Shown one piece after another: positions 7,750 through 18,383 of a stretch of DNA of 64,000 bases. The DNA lies in the NCBI GenBank assembly GCA_965215275.1, contig OZ244044.1:179679-243678 (forward strand), in the 5' to 3' direction. The position numbers and the translations under genes are program-made. Source of the stretch: Thermodesulfobacteriota bacterium (GTDB taxonomy: Bacteria > Desulfobacterota_D > UBA1144 > Nemesobacterales > JAJCZQ01). Below the pieces are notes generated by a model. It did not search any database. It had not been told where the DNA came from and worked only from the letters and a program-made list of their open reading frames with translations. How positions within the stretch are numbered: position 1 is the first letter of the stretch; each line of letters begins with the position of its first letter.

Positions 7750-8541
7750 TTAAAACAGACCTTTACTATAACCACCATCTATCTGAATGGTGTTCCCGGT
7801 TATGTAGCTGGCTCTTTCTGAAACCAGAAAAGCCACCATCGAACTGAATTCTTTTGGGTCGCCGATCCTCCCGACTGGAATATCGGATTCCATACCCTTA
7901 ATAACCGTTGTGAGATCCTTTTTTGTTTCTTCAGCTCTTTTTTCAGCGAGTTCCCTGATCCTATCGGTCATTATCCTTCCAGGACACAGGTTATTAACCA
8001 GTATATTAAACTTTCCATACTCATTGGACAGGGTCTTGGCAAAACCAATTACTCCGGTTCTAGCTGTATTTGAAAGGATAAGACCCTCTATGGGCTGCTT
8101 TACGGCAATTGAAGTAATATTGATTATCCTTCCCCATTTTTGCTTTTTCATGTATGGAAGAACCTCTTTTGTTAAATTAATAACGCTCAGGAGGTTCAGT
8201 TCCAGTGCACTCTGCCAGTCTTTTGATCTGAAGTCTTCAAAATAACCAAAAGGCGGGCCGCCCGCGTTGTTTATAACTATGTGAACCGTTTTATATTCTT
8301 TTATGGTGGACCTAACGACGTTTTTTATATCTTTGGTACTTTTTGCATCGGCTCTTAAAGATAGGACCCTGGTTTTGTATTTTTCTCTTATTTCGTCTGC
8401 TGTTTTTCTGATATCAGCTGAATTTCTTGAAAATATAGTTAAGTTACATCCTTCGGCAGCCAATTCTTCGGCACATGCTCTGCCCAGTCCTTTGCTGGAT
8501 GCTGATATTATTGCAACTTTGTCCTTTATACCTAAATTCAT
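7750..8541 (-). CDS. SDR-family oxidoreductase
   Basis: N-terminal dinucleotide-binding motif SASSKGLG and an NNAG motif. The canonical YxxxK appears to be replaced by S...R (SNTARTGVIGFAK); this comes from a memory-based alignment. Confidence 0.65.
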   Translation of the reverse strand: MNLGIKDKVAIISASSKGLGRACAEELAAEGCNLTIFSRNSADIRKTADEIREKYKTRVLSLRADAKSTKDIKNVVRSTIKEYKTVHIVINNAGGPPFGYFEDFRSKDWQSALELNLLSVINLTKEVLPYMKKQKWGRIINITSIAVKQPIEGLILSNTARTGVIGFAKTLSNEYGKFNILVNNLCPGRIMTDRIRELAEKRAEETKKDLTTVIKGMESDIPVGRIGDPKEFSSMVAFLVSERASYITGNTIQIDGGYSKGLF

Positions 8542-8874
8542 TTAGACCTTTGAGTTTTTAGCTTTAGCAGTGTCTTTTTTTATAGAGTCAACCGTGGTTG
8601 CTGCAGCAGTAGCCGTATCTCCATCAGGTGTTCCAGACTCTACTGTTGTGGAATCGGTCTGTTTGGGTGGAGGAGCACCGGATGAAACTTTTTTTCTCCC
8701 ATAATCAGTTTCATACCAACCAGATCCCTGTAAATGGAAAGAGGATAAAGAAATGAGTTTTTTAACTTTATTCTTTTTACAAGATGGACATTTTTTTATT
8801 GGCTCATCATTGAATGCCTGCATTTCCTCAAATACATGATCACACTGTTGACATTGATATTCATATATAGGCAT
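8542..8874 (-). CDS. FmdB-family zinc-ribbon regulatory protein
   Basis: [11 protein letters not shown]...CPSC. There is an AGGAGA Shine-Dalgarno upstream of the ATG at 8874. The ORF-track start at 8940 is probably an artefactual extension. Confidence 0.65.
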   Translation of the reverse strand: MPIYEYQCQQCDHVFEEMQAFNDEPIKKCPSCKKNKVKKLISLSSFHLQGSGWYETDYGRKKVSSGAPPPKQTDSTTVESGTPDGDTATAAATTVDSIKKDTAKAKNSKV

Positions 8875-9188
8875 CTTACTGTGTATCTCCTGTAATGATG
8901 TAAATAGGGTAATTATAATACTTCTGATAGTTTTCTTCAAGATAACGTATCTTTTAGACCGTTTTATATGAACGTATATGTTAGTTTACATAATATCCCT
9001 TATCAGACATAAAATATTCTTAATAAATTACATTAACAAATTAGATATAACTTGCTTTAATAACTCAATTTAATATCAGATATTACATTGAGTTATTTTT
9101 TGGATAAAATTTTTATTGAAAAAGTTGTAATAATGGATTTGCCAATGAAGAAGATTGTCAGTACGTTATTTATTAGAGGTACGGAGCA

Positions 9189-9530
9189 ATGAGCACGATA
9201 TTTGATCAGATCATAAATAGAGAAATTCCCGCGGATATAGTTTACGAAGATGATCTTTGTATAGCGTTCAAGGATATAAATCCCAAGGCACCGGTCCATA
9301 TACTCATAATACCCAAAAAAAATATCGTATCTTTAGCTACAACGGACCAGGAAGACCTGAAGGTCTTAGGACACATCATGATAAAGACGGCTGAGATAGC
9401 AAGGAACGAGGGAATTGAAGAGTCCGGCTACCGTGTAGTGACAAATATCAACGCAGATGCCGGTCAGAGCGTTTTTCACCTGCATTTTCATATTTTAGGT
9501 GGAAGGAAGATGACGTGGCCTCCAGGCTAA
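9189..9530 (+). CDS. HIT-family (histidine triad) hydrolase
   Basis: HLHFHILGG histidine-triad motif. Confidence 0.8.
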   Translation: MSTIFDQIINREIPADIVYEDDLCIAFKDINPKAPVHILIIPKKNIVSLATTDQEDLKVLGHIMIKTAEIARNEGIEESGYRVVTNINADAGQSVFHLHFHILGGRKMTWPPG

Positions 9531-9539
9531 ACGTCTTTT

Positions 9540-12398
9540 TTACTGAATTCCAAGCACTTCAGCGTCTCTGTCACAGAGCATTCCACCGTCGGTCCTTTTC
9601 TTTACGGTCTCATCACGTTTCCAGGACCTTTCACATCGTGCTTCCATCGTTAGATCATTGACTTCGACCTTCAGGTCGTTACCGTTCTTTATATTGAAAC
9701 GGCTTACTCCGCAGAGGTCGGCAAGTTCAGGTTCATAGGGTTTTATAGTATTATAGAGGTCGCTGTTTAAACTTATCTGAATACCAGCGTCCAGCGGATT
9801 GGAAATACCGTGCGATTTGGCCTCTTCAAGTCGTTTCATACATTGACTTCGTATGTTCAAGACCTCGTTCCAGGCGTTATCCAGCTTAATACTTTCAACG
9901 TCGGGGAATTCAGTAAGATGTACACTTTTTACATCATCAGCCCCGCACTGTTCATTAAGGCACCTGTATGCTTCATCAGCGGTATGTACTAATATTGGTG
10001 CCAGTAATCTTATTAAACCATCTGCTATATCGTACATAATGGTCTGGGAGCGTCTGCGGCGTCTGCTGTCCCGCCTGTCGCAGTATAACCTGTCTTTTAC
10101 AGCTGCCAGATAAACTGAACTTAAAGTTTCAGAGCAGAAACTGAATATTAACTCCCCTGCCCTTTTGTAATCAAATTCAGAATAAGCTTTTTTTGTTCTT
10201 GTGACGAATATAGAAAAATTTACATAGGCCCAGTGGTCAATGGACAGCTTATCTTCATCCGCTGTAAGGTCTGTTTTGTCTTTCTCGGGGTCAAAATCGC
10301 TTATATTGCCCAGCAGGAACCTGATCGTGTTTCTGATCTTCCTGTACTCGTCAGCTGCAACTTCAAAGTATCTCCAGTCCGTCTTTATGTCATTTGAGTA
10401 TTTTAAGTTACTGACCCACCATCTGCATACATCTGCTCCGTGTTTTTTTAATATTTCATCCACATCCAGTGCATTTCCGCCTGATTTGCTCATCTTTTTA
10501 CCGTGAACGTCGACCATAAAGCCGTGAGTGAGAATTCCCCTATATGGTGGTTCACCCGTCACTCCGAGTGCCAGGAGCAAAGACAGATGGAACCAGCCGC
10601 GATGTTGATCGGAACCTTCAAGGTAAAGGTCCGCCGGATATCCTATACTGCGTTTCTGGTGCTTTAAGACCGAGTTCCATGAAGAACCGGATTCGAACCA
10701 CACGTCAAATATATCCATTCCCTTACTGAGCTTGCCTTTGATCAGTTCCGGTTCGTTCTTTATCCAGTCCGGTGCATCAGGGTCATCTGCGGGGTCGTAA
10801 CCCTCAAGTATATGCTCGGCGTCTTCTATGAACCATACATCTGAACCTTTTTCTTTTATCTTGGAAGCAACAAGTTCCACGGTTCGTACCGTTAACAGAT
10901 GCTCTCCCCTGTCATTGGTGAAGTAAGGTATTGGAAGTCCCCAGGACCTCTGTCTTGATATACACCAGTCCGGTCGTGCTTCAAGCATGCCTCTCAGCCT
11001 GTTCCTTCCCCATTCGGGGAAGAACCTTACTTTGTTCACTACGCCGTCAATAGCTTTGTCCCGCAGTGTCTTACCGTCTTTACCATAAGGCTTGTCAACG
11101 GCTACGAACCACTGTTTGGCTGCTCTGAAGATCGTAGGGGTCTTGCTGCGCCAGTCATGGGGATAGCTGTGAAAGTACTCCTCTTCATGGAACAGGTGCC
11201 CGTTTTTCCTTAGCGCATCGATCACTAACTTATTTCCCTTCCATACGTTTACACCCTGCAGCCAGTCCGGAACGGTTTTATCAAAAGTACCGTCCTCCAG
11301 TACGGGGCAGTAAATGTCCAGTCCTTCCTTCAGTCCGGTCTGATAATCTTCGATCCCATGTCCTGGAGCAATGTGAACGATCCCTGTTCCATCTTCAAAA
11401 GTAACGTACTCTGCACCGACGACCACACCACGTCTTTGCATGAATGGATGAACATAGGTAATGCCGCTTTCGGCAAGTTCATCTCCTTTGAAACTCCCGA
11501 TCTTTTTGAAACTTCCCGTACCGGATCTGCCGAACACTTTTTCTGCAAGCAGTTCGGAAAGTATCGTGATTATTTTCTTACCCCAGTGCGTTATTTCATA
11601 TAGACCGTAATCTCCCACTGGTGAAACGGCTGCTGCCAGGTTTGCCGGAAGCGTCCATGGAGTGGTCGTCCAGATCATCAGATAGATATCTTTTCCTGAA
11701 ACTTCGACTGGTAAGGGCAAGTTATTAGTGTCGTCTATCTGAAAAAGGACAAAGATACTTTTATCCTTTCTGTCGTAGTACTCAAGTTCTGCGTCTGCAA
11801 GAGCTGTTTGATTTTCAATTGACCAGTGGATCGGCTTCAGGTCCCTGTAAACGAGCCTGTTATCTATAAGCCGTGCGAACACTTCCAGAACCCCTACTTC
11901 ATACCTGGGGACCATTGTCAGGTACGGGTTATCATAATTCCCGGTAGTTCCAAGCCGTTTCATCTGACCTGACTGGACCTTGACGAACTTACTGGCGTAA
12001 TTAAAGCATTTATTTCTGATCTTCAGCTTTGTATAGCCCCTTGCACTGTCCCCCAGGTCTTTAAGGACCTTATGTTCAATGGGAAGTCCATGACAGTCCC
12101 AGCCGGGAATAAAATCCACGTTATAGCCTTCCATGGTCTTGGACCTCACTACAAGGTCCTTGAGGACTTTATTTAAAAGATGTCCAAGGTGGATCGGTCC
12201 GTTCGCATAAGGAGGACCGTCGTGGAAAATAAATTTTTCCCTGTGTTCAGACCGCTCTCTTGTTTTTTCATAAAGCTTTTCCTCGGCCCAGGCCTTCTGG
12301 AGCGCGGGTTCACGCTGGGTTAAGTTAGCTTTCATTGGAAAGCTGGTCCTGGGAAGGTTCAGGGTGTTTTTATAATTTATCTTTTTTACAGTAGACAT
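9540..12398 (-). CDS. ileS: Isoleucine--tRNA ligase
   Basis: Class I HIGH motif (PYANGPIHLGH) and KMSKS motif; length 952 aa. Confidence 0.9.
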   Translation of the reverse strand: MSTVKKINYKNTLNLPRTSFPMKANLTQREPALQKAWAEEKLYEKTRERSEHREKFIFHDGPPYANGPIHLGHLLNKVLKDLVVRSKTMEGYNVDFIPGWDCHGLPIEHKVLKDLGDSARGYTKLKIRNKCFNYASKFVKVQSGQMKRLGTTGNYDNPYLTMVPRYEVGVLEVFARLIDNRLVYRDLKPIHWSIENQTALADAELEYYDRKDKSIFVLFQIDDTNNLPLPVEVSGKDIYLMIWTTTPWTLPANLAAAVSPVGDYGLYEITHWGKKIITILSELLAEKVFGRSGTGSFKKIGSFKGDELAESGITYVHPFMQRRGVVVGAEYVTFEDGTGIVHIAPGHGIEDYQTGLKEGLDIYCPVLEDGTFDKTVPDWLQGVNVWKGNKLVIDALRKNGHLFHEEEYFHSYPHDWRSKTPTIFRAAKQWFVAVDKPYGKDGKTLRDKAIDGVVNKVRFFPEWGRNRLRGMLEARPDWCISRQRSWGLPIPYFTNDRGEHLLTVRTVELVASKIKEKGSDVWFIEDAEHILEGYDPADDPDAPDWIKNEPELIKGKLSKGMDIFDVWFESGSSWNSVLKHQKRSIGYPADLYLEGSDQHRGWFHLSLLLALGVTGEPPYRGILTHGFMVDVHGKKMSKSGGNALDVDEILKKHGADVCRWWVSNLKYSNDIKTDWRYFEVAADEYRKIRNTIRFLLGNISDFDPEKDKTDLTADEDKLSIDHWAYVNFSIFVTRTKKAYSEFDYKRAGELIFSFCSETLSSVYLAAVKDRLYCDRRDSRRRRRSQTIMYDIADGLIRLLAPILVHTADEAYRCLNEQCGADDVKSVHLTEFPDVESIKLDNAWNEVLNIRSQCMKRLEEAKSHGISNPLDAGIQISLNSDLYNTIKPYEPELADLCGVSRFNIKNGNDLKVEVNDLTMEARCERSWKRDETVKKRTDGGMLCDRDAEVLGIQ

Positions 12399-12457
12399 TT
12401 TATGGCCGTGAACGGATCAGGCGATCATAAATCATTTTGCGGAACTGTAAACCTTCC

Positions 12458-12799
12458 TCAATTTTTTTCATTGTCAAAGAAAGTTTCAAGTCCTTCGTAC
12501 AGTTCTCTGGAGAACGTCACCCATTCCTCCCATTCTTTCATATAGTTCTTTTCACTGTCAACCCGCTTTTTCAGCTTAAAGCCGATCTCGGTATATTCTA
12601 TGGCAAAATTCCCGTTCTTATTCAGTTTCTTCAACAGAATATCTCCATATTTTTTAAGCATACTGATAGTTTCACTGTCCGAATCCCTGATCTCAGCCAC
12701 AAAATAGCCGTTTACCTGTGTTGCAGGCATATCCATCTGGAGATTGCGGAATTTCGTCCTGTTCATATCGTCCGCTTTCATAGAGATCAGTATTTCCAT
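12458..12799 (-). CDS. Hypothetical protein (113 aa) encoded immediately downstream of the PDH operon lpdA
   Basis: ORF with no recognisable motifs, placed in an operonic position. Confidence 0.4.
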   Translation of the reverse strand: MEILISMKADDMNRTKFRNLQMDMPATQVNGYFVAEIRDSDSETISMLKKYGDILLKKLNKNGNFAIEYTEIGFKLKKRVDSEKNYMKEWEEWVTFSRELYEGLETFFDNEKN

Positions 12800-12825
12800 A
12801 GAAGGTCGTCCTGTAATAAATCCTG

Positions 12826-14232
12826 CTACTTCATAAAATGTGTACTGTTGCCGTAGAACATTTCGGCAGCTTCCATAAAGGTTTCCGTAAGCGTTGGGTG
12901 CGGATGTACGGACAGTGATATATCGGACGCTAATGTTGCCATCTCTACTCCCAGAACACCTTCAGAGATAAGTTCTCCCGCCCCTGTTCCTGCTATCCCG
13001 GCGCCAAGCAGTCGCTCGGTTTTAGCATCGAAGATCATTTTTGTCAGTCCATCTGTTTTATTGAGGGTCATGGCCCTGCCTGAAGCTCCCCATGGGAACC
13101 TGGTTATTTTTACATCTATATTATTCCGTCTGGCTTCTTTCTCCGTTAACCCGCACCATGCGATCTCAGGGTCGGTAAAGACCACTGCGGGTACGGCTGC
13201 TACGTCGTATATGACGTTTTGACCGGCAATGACCTCTGCGGCCACCCTGCCCTCATGAGTGGCCTTATGGGCGAGCATGGGTTCACCTGCCACGTCCCCT
13301 ACGGCGTAAATGTTCGGTTCATACGTTCTTTTCTGTCTGTCCGTTTCAATAAATCCCATGCTGTTCACCTTTACCTTCGTGTTCTCAAGTCCGATACCTT
13401 CGGAGTTAGGTTGCCGTCCGGTTGATATCAGCACTTTGCTGAACTGACGTTCAAACTTACCGTCATCTTTGTTCTCGAACGTAACCTTTATCCCTTTATT
13501 CGTTTTTCTGACCCCGGTCACCTTTGTACCGAGCAGGATCAAGCTAAACTCCTTTTTCAGTTTTTTATAAAGAACGCTGGACAGGTCATTATCCGCCGCT
13601 TCGATTATAGAGTCGAGCATTTCCACGACCGTTACGTTCGAACCCAGGGACGCATATACCGTACCCATCTCGAGTCCTATGTATCCCCCACCGATAACCA
13701 GGAGTTCTTCTGGCACGCTTTCAAGCGCTAAGGCACCTTCTGAGTTCATTATTTTTTTATTATCCACTTTTATTCCGGGTATGTCTGCCGGTCTGGACCC
13801 CGTGGCAATGATACAGTTCTCAAAACTGACCGTCTCTTCAGAACCGTTCTCTTTCGTAACCTTCATTGTTTTTGAACTTGTAAGGGTCGCGGTTCCACTT
13901 ATATAATTGATCTTTCTTTTTTTTACCAGAAAACCGGCCCCGCTCGTCAGCCTGTTTATTATCTGCTCCTTCCACTGCACCATTTTTTTCAGATCTATGC
14001 TGGGGTCGTCGTAAGTTATGCCGATCTTTTCTGCATCTTTTGATCCGCTTAGAACGCTCGCGGCGTGAAGTAACGCCTTTGACGGGATGCATCCACGGTA
14101 AAGGCACTCACCACCTGGGTTTTTTTCACGGTCTATCAGGGTAACCCTGAGTCCCAGGTCCGCGGCCCTGAAAGCTGCTGGATATCCCCCTGGACCGGCA
14201 CCTATTATGGCTAACTGTGTGTTTATGCTCAT
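12826..14232 (-). CDS. lpdA: Dihydrolipoyl dehydrogenase (E3)
   Basis: GAGPGGY FAD motif and redox-active CLYRGCIPSK disulfide motif. Confidence 0.9.
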   Translation of the reverse strand: MSINTQLAIIGAGPGGYPAAFRAADLGLRVTLIDREKNPGGECLYRGCIPSKALLHAASVLSGSKDAEKIGITYDDPSIDLKKMVQWKEQIINRLTSGAGFLVKKRKINYISGTATLTSSKTMKVTKENGSEETVSFENCIIATGSRPADIPGIKVDNKKIMNSEGALALESVPEELLVIGGGYIGLEMGTVYASLGSNVTVVEMLDSIIEAADNDLSSVLYKKLKKEFSLILLGTKVTGVRKTNKGIKVTFENKDDGKFERQFSKVLISTGRQPNSEGIGLENTKVKVNSMGFIETDRQKRTYEPNIYAVGDVAGEPMLAHKATHEGRVAAEVIAGQNVIYDVAAVPAVVFTDPEIAWCGLTEKEARRNNIDVKITRFPWGASGRAMTLNKTDGLTKMIFDAKTERLLGAGIAGTGAGELISEGVLGVEMATLASDISLSVHPHPTLTETFMEAAEMFYGNSTHFMK

Positions 14233-15617
14233 TAATGTCCTTCAAACAGTATCTTGAACGGCTCTTCAAGAGCTCTTACTATCCATCTCAGGAACTCTGC
14301 GGCTGCCACCCCATCGATTATCCTGTGGTCATAAGATAAGGACAGAGGTATCAGGAGCCTCGGTTCGAATTTTCCATCTATATGGACCGGTTCGATCTTT
14401 GACTGGGAAACCCCGAGTATCGCAACGTCCGGATAGTAAATTATCGGTGAAAAGTACGTTCCACCCACGCCTCCAAGGTTACTGACGGTAAAAGTGCTTC
14501 CCTTCAGTTCGTCCGGGGTGATCTTTTTATTCCTTACCCGGTCCGATATCTCTGACAGTTCTGACGCGATCTCTATGATGTTCTTACGGTTAGCGTTCCT
14601 TATGTTCGGAACGAACAGCCCGCGATCAGTGTCAACGGCAAAGCCTATATTAACGAACTTCTTATAGATTATCTCATTGCGTTCCATATCTATGCTCGCG
14701 TTGAAATCCTGAAAGACCATAAGTGCCGAAGCCACGACCTTTATCAGAATAGGAGTGATGGTCAGGTTCCCACCGGCTTCCTTGGCCTTTTGTTTGTTCT
14801 TTTTCCTGAGCGCGTCCAGTTCCGTAATATCGGCCTTATCATGCTGAGTTACGTGCGGGATGGTCCAGGCCATTGCAAGGTTTTCAGCCGTAAGTCTTCT
14901 TACGGTCGTCATCTTGACCTTCTCTATTTCCCCCCATTTGGTAAAATCGGGAAGTTCTGGAAGTCTGGCCTCGTATTTTCCTCTGTGCGTGGAGGTATGT
15001 GCATCATAGGCGATTATTATGCCTTTGGCGTGGTTTATGACGTCCTCAGCCGAGATCCTGCCACCTGGACCGGTACCAGACACTTTATCTATATCAACTC
15101 CAAGCTGCCGGGCCAGCTTTCTGGTGGAAGGAGCTGCAGGGATATGGACCTTTTTGTCTGCATTGACGATCGAGAGCATATTGTCCGCCTCATTACCCGT
15201 CCCGAGGTCCTTGTCCGACTTTTTATCTGAGGGGTCTGCCTCTGCTTTCTTTGATGAAGGCTGTTTGATCTCATCTGTAATTTTTTTATTTTCTTCATCT
15301 GCTCGTTTTACCGTATCTTCCTTTGGTCTTTCCTTTTTCGTCTTTTTTTCAACAGGTGCTTTTTTACTGACCTCTGCACCTTCTCCTTCTGTGACCTTTG
15401 CTATCAGCTGTCCTATATCTATGGTGTCCCCTACGTTTACAAGCACTTCCTGGACCGTTCCGTCATAAGGGGATGGAAGCTCAATAGCGGCCTTGTCGGT
15501 TTCTATCTCGATGACCGGTTGTTCTTTCTTTATCGTGTCTCCACGTGACACGAAGACGTTTATGACCAGGGCTTTGTCTATACCTTCACCGATCTCAGGG
15601 AGCGATATGCTGTTCAT
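14232..15617 (-). CDS. aceF: Dihydrolipoamide acetyltransferase (E2)
   Basis: N-terminal lipoyl domain (IETDKAA), an Ala/Pro/Lys-rich linker, and the catalytic DHRIIDG motif. Confidence 0.85.
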   Translation of the reverse strand: MNSISLPEIGEGIDKALVINVFVSRGDTIKKEQPVIEIETDKAAIELPSPYDGTVQEVLVNVGDTIDIGQLIAKVTEGEGAEVSKKAPVEKKTKKERPKEDTVKRADEENKKITDEIKQPSSKKAEADPSDKKSDKDLGTGNEADNMLSIVNADKKVHIPAAPSTRKLARQLGVDIDKVSGTGPGGRISAEDVINHAKGIIIAYDAHTSTHRGKYEARLPELPDFTKWGEIEKVKMTTVRRLTAENLAMAWTIPHVTQHDKADITELDALRKKNKQKAKEAGGNLTITPILIKVVASALMVFQDFNASIDMERNEIIYKKFVNIGFAVDTDRGLFVPNIRNANRKNIIEIASELSEISDRVRNKKITPDELKGSTFTVSNLGGVGGTYFSPIIYYPDVAILGVSQSKIEPVHIDGKFEPRLLIPLSLSYDHRIIDGVAAAEFLRWIVRALEEPFKILFEGH

Positions 15618-15626
15618 TAAAGTTCC

Positions 15627-18314
15627 TCATACGAACAATGGATTTGATTTATTAACATCTATTTTAAACTGCTTCTTGGCTTTATTCAGTAATTTCTTAT
15701 CGATAATTCCCTTTTTATAGAGCTCTGCCAGGCTCGAGTACGCTATATGTTCCGCATTTACCTCAAAATGGTACCTGAGCATTTCTCTGTTGTCGCTTCT
15801 GCCAAAACCGTCCGTGCCAAGCGTTACGAGCGGCTTGGGAAACCACTTTGAGACGGTATAGGGCACTGCTTTTATATAATCACACACTGCAACGTATATA
15901 CCGCTGTCGTTATTATCGAAACATCTTTCGATGTAGTTCTTTTTACGCTTTTTCCCCGCGTTCAGGATGTTCCATCTGTCCGTGTCCTGCGCATCTTTAT
16001 AGAGTTCCTTGTAGCTCGTGACGCTCCAGACGTCCGTGGTGATCCCGTATTGCGTCTCCAGTATTTTAGAAGCCCTTATCACTTCATTTAAAACGCCGCC
16101 ACTTCCCAGAAGGTTTACGTGCCTTTCAGGGTCTCTTTCCGGACTTTCTTTAAAGCGGTACATACCTTTGATGATCCCTTCCTCTACGCCTTCCGGCATT
16201 GCCGGCTGTTCATATATTTCATTCAGCAGCGTTACGTAATAGAAAACGTCTTCATACTCCATGTACATACGCCTGATACCGTCCTTGATGATAACCGCAA
16301 GTTCGTAAGCGTAAGCAGGATCATACGCTATTATCGTAGGATAGGAAAAAGCGTAATGATGGCTGTTGCCATCCTGATGCTGCAGTCCCTCGCCGGCAAA
16401 CGAACTCCTGCCGGAAGTGCATCCGATAAAGAACCCTTTACATTTCATATCCGACCCCGCCCAGATAAGGTCCCCTACCCTCTGAAAGCCGAACATCGAA
16501 TAGAACGTGAAAAAAGGGATGGTATTTACACCATGGGTCGCATAGGCGGTGCCGGCAGCTATGAACGATGAGAATGCCCCTGCTTCGGTTATTCCTTCTT
16601 CCAGTATCTGTCCATCCGTTGCTTCTTTGTAATAAAGGAAAGTATCAGAATCCACTGGCTCGTAAACCTGTCCCACATGGGAATATATACCTGCCTGTCT
16701 GAAAAGGGATTCCATACCGAACGACCTTGCTTCATCAGGGATGATAGGTACTATCAGCTTTCCGATCTCCTTGTCCCTCAGGAGTTTTGAAAGCAGTCTT
16801 ACATAAGCCATGGTGGTTGCTGCACCTCTGCCACCGGAACCTTTGTAGAATTCGTCAAATACCGTCTCATCATATCCTTTTATGGGCTGTCCCAGCACTT
16901 TTCTTGCAGGCAGATAGCCTCCGAGTTTTTCCCTTTGCTGTTTTAGATATTCGACTTCAGGACTGTCATCGTCCGGTTTGTAGAACGGTGCTCTGGCAAC
17001 GTCTTCATCTGATATTGGTATACTGAAACGCGTTCTGAACTCCTTAAGTTCCTCTTCGTTCAGTTTTTTCTGATTATGAGTAACGTTCCTGCCTTCTCCA
17101 GCCTCTCCCAGTCCATATCCCTTTATCGTTTTTGCAAGTATGACCGTTGGCTCTCCTTTATGTCCGGTGGCCTCTTTATATGCCGCATACACCTTTTCAC
17201 TGTCATGTCCGCCTCTTCTCAGCTTTTCAAGTTCGTAGTCCGAATACGTTCTCACGAGGTCTTTCAGCTTCGGATGGGTCCCGAAAAAATGTTCCCTTAT
17301 GTATGCACCGTCTTCAACTATGTACTTCTGATAGTCACCGTCCACGGCACTTTCCATCCTTTGAACGAGCAGTCCATCTTCATCTTTTTCCAAAAGAGGG
17401 TCCCAGTCGTCACCCCATATCAGCTTGATGACGTTCCACCCTGCGCCTCTGAATATCCTTTCGAGCTCCTGTATTATCTTTCCATTTCCTCTGACGGGAC
17501 CGTCCAGTCTTTGCAGATTGCAGTTCACTACGAATATCAGATTGTCAAGACTTTCTCTTGACGCAAGGGTTATTGCCCCAAGGGATTCAGGTTCATCGGT
17601 CTCACCATCTCCCATGAAAACCCAGACCTTGCTGTCTATATTCTTTTTTAATCCCCTGTCTTCAAGATATCTGTTGAACCTTGCCTGATAGATCGCCATG
17701 ATCGGAGAAAGTCCCATGGAGACGGTGGGGATCTCCCAGAAATCCGGCATAAGCCATGGATGTGGATATGAGGACAGCCCGGCACCATGGGTCAGTTCTT
17801 TTCTGTAGTTCCTGATCTGCTTGACCGTGATCCTTCCCTCAAGGAAAGCACGGGCGTATATACCCGGAGCGGCATGCCCTTGAAAATAAACTATATCTCC
17901 ATCCTGATTTTCGTTACTGGCTTTCAGGAAGTGATGGAACGCCACTTCGAACAAAGTAGCACAGGAAGCGTAAGTGGAGATATGACCTCCTATACCTTCA
18001 TCGTTCCTGTTGGCCCTCACGACCATTGCCATCGCGTTCCACCTTATGATGTTCCTGATCCTTCGCTCTATATCTGTATTCCCTGGATACTTGGGCTGTT
18101 TACTGAAGGGAATTGTATTTATATAAGGCGTGTTGGCGGTATAAGGTACTGCTATGCCCGCTTTTTGCGAGTATATCTGAAGATTTCTCAGTAACTTTTG
18201 GACCCTGGCGTGTCCAGAGGTCTTGAGAACGGCCTCCAGGGATTCTATCCACTCCCTGTCTTCTGTTTCTTCTTGATGTTCCACACTTTCGTCTTTTTGG
18301 TATGACATGGACAT
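15627..18314 (-). CDS. aceE: Pyruvate dehydrogenase E1 component, homodimeric type
   Basis: 895 aa, with E1 ThDP-binding regions, located upstream of E2 and E3. Confidence 0.85.
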   Translation of the reverse strand: MSMSYQKDESVEHQEETEDREWIESLEAVLKTSGHARVQKLLRNLQIYSQKAGIAVPYTANTPYINTIPFSKQPKYPGNTDIERRIRNIIRWNAMAMVVRANRNDEGIGGHISTYASCATLFEVAFHHFLKASNENQDGDIVYFQGHAAPGIYARAFLEGRITVKQIRNYRKELTHGAGLSSYPHPWLMPDFWEIPTVSMGLSPIMAIYQARFNRYLEDRGLKKNIDSKVWVFMGDGETDEPESLGAITLASRESLDNLIFVVNCNLQRLDGPVRGNGKIIQELERIFRGAGWNVIKLIWGDDWDPLLEKDEDGLLVQRMESAVDGDYQKYIVEDGAYIREHFFGTHPKLKDLVRTYSDYELEKLRRGGHDSEKVYAAYKEATGHKGEPTVILAKTIKGYGLGEAGEGRNVTHNQKKLNEEELKEFRTRFSIPISDEDVARAPFYKPDDDSPEVEYLKQQREKLGGYLPARKVLGQPIKGYDETVFDEFYKGSGGRGAATTMAYVRLLSKLLRDKEIGKLIVPIIPDEARSFGMESLFRQAGIYSHVGQVYEPVDSDTFLYYKEATDGQILEEGITEAGAFSSFIAAGTAYATHGVNTIPFFTFYSMFGFQRVGDLIWAGSDMKCKGFFIGCTSGRSSFAGEGLQHQDGNSHHYAFSYPTIIAYDPAYAYELAVIIKDGIRRMYMEYEDVFYYVTLLNEIYEQPAMPEGVEEGIIKGMYRFKESPERDPERHVNLLGSGGVLNEVIRASKILETQYGITTDVWSVTSYKELYKDAQDTDRWNILNAGKKRKKNYIERCFDNNDSGIYVAVCDYIKAVPYTVSKWFPKPLVTLGTDGFGRSDNREMLRYHFEVNAEHIAYSSLAELYKKGIIDKKLLNKAKKQFKIDVNKSNPLFV

Positions 18315-18383
18315 TTCTCTTCAGCAATTTTAATCAATAGTGAAAAAAGTAAAAGGTTTATAATGAACGTAATATAGTTATAT

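Noticed and set aside
8875-8940. A 22-aa N-terminal extension on the FmdB-like ORF ([22 protein letters not shown]).
   Set aside because: FmdB-family proteins begin MPIYEY.C, and a good Shine-Dalgarno (AGGAGA) precedes that ATG. The extension is therefore unlikely to be real.
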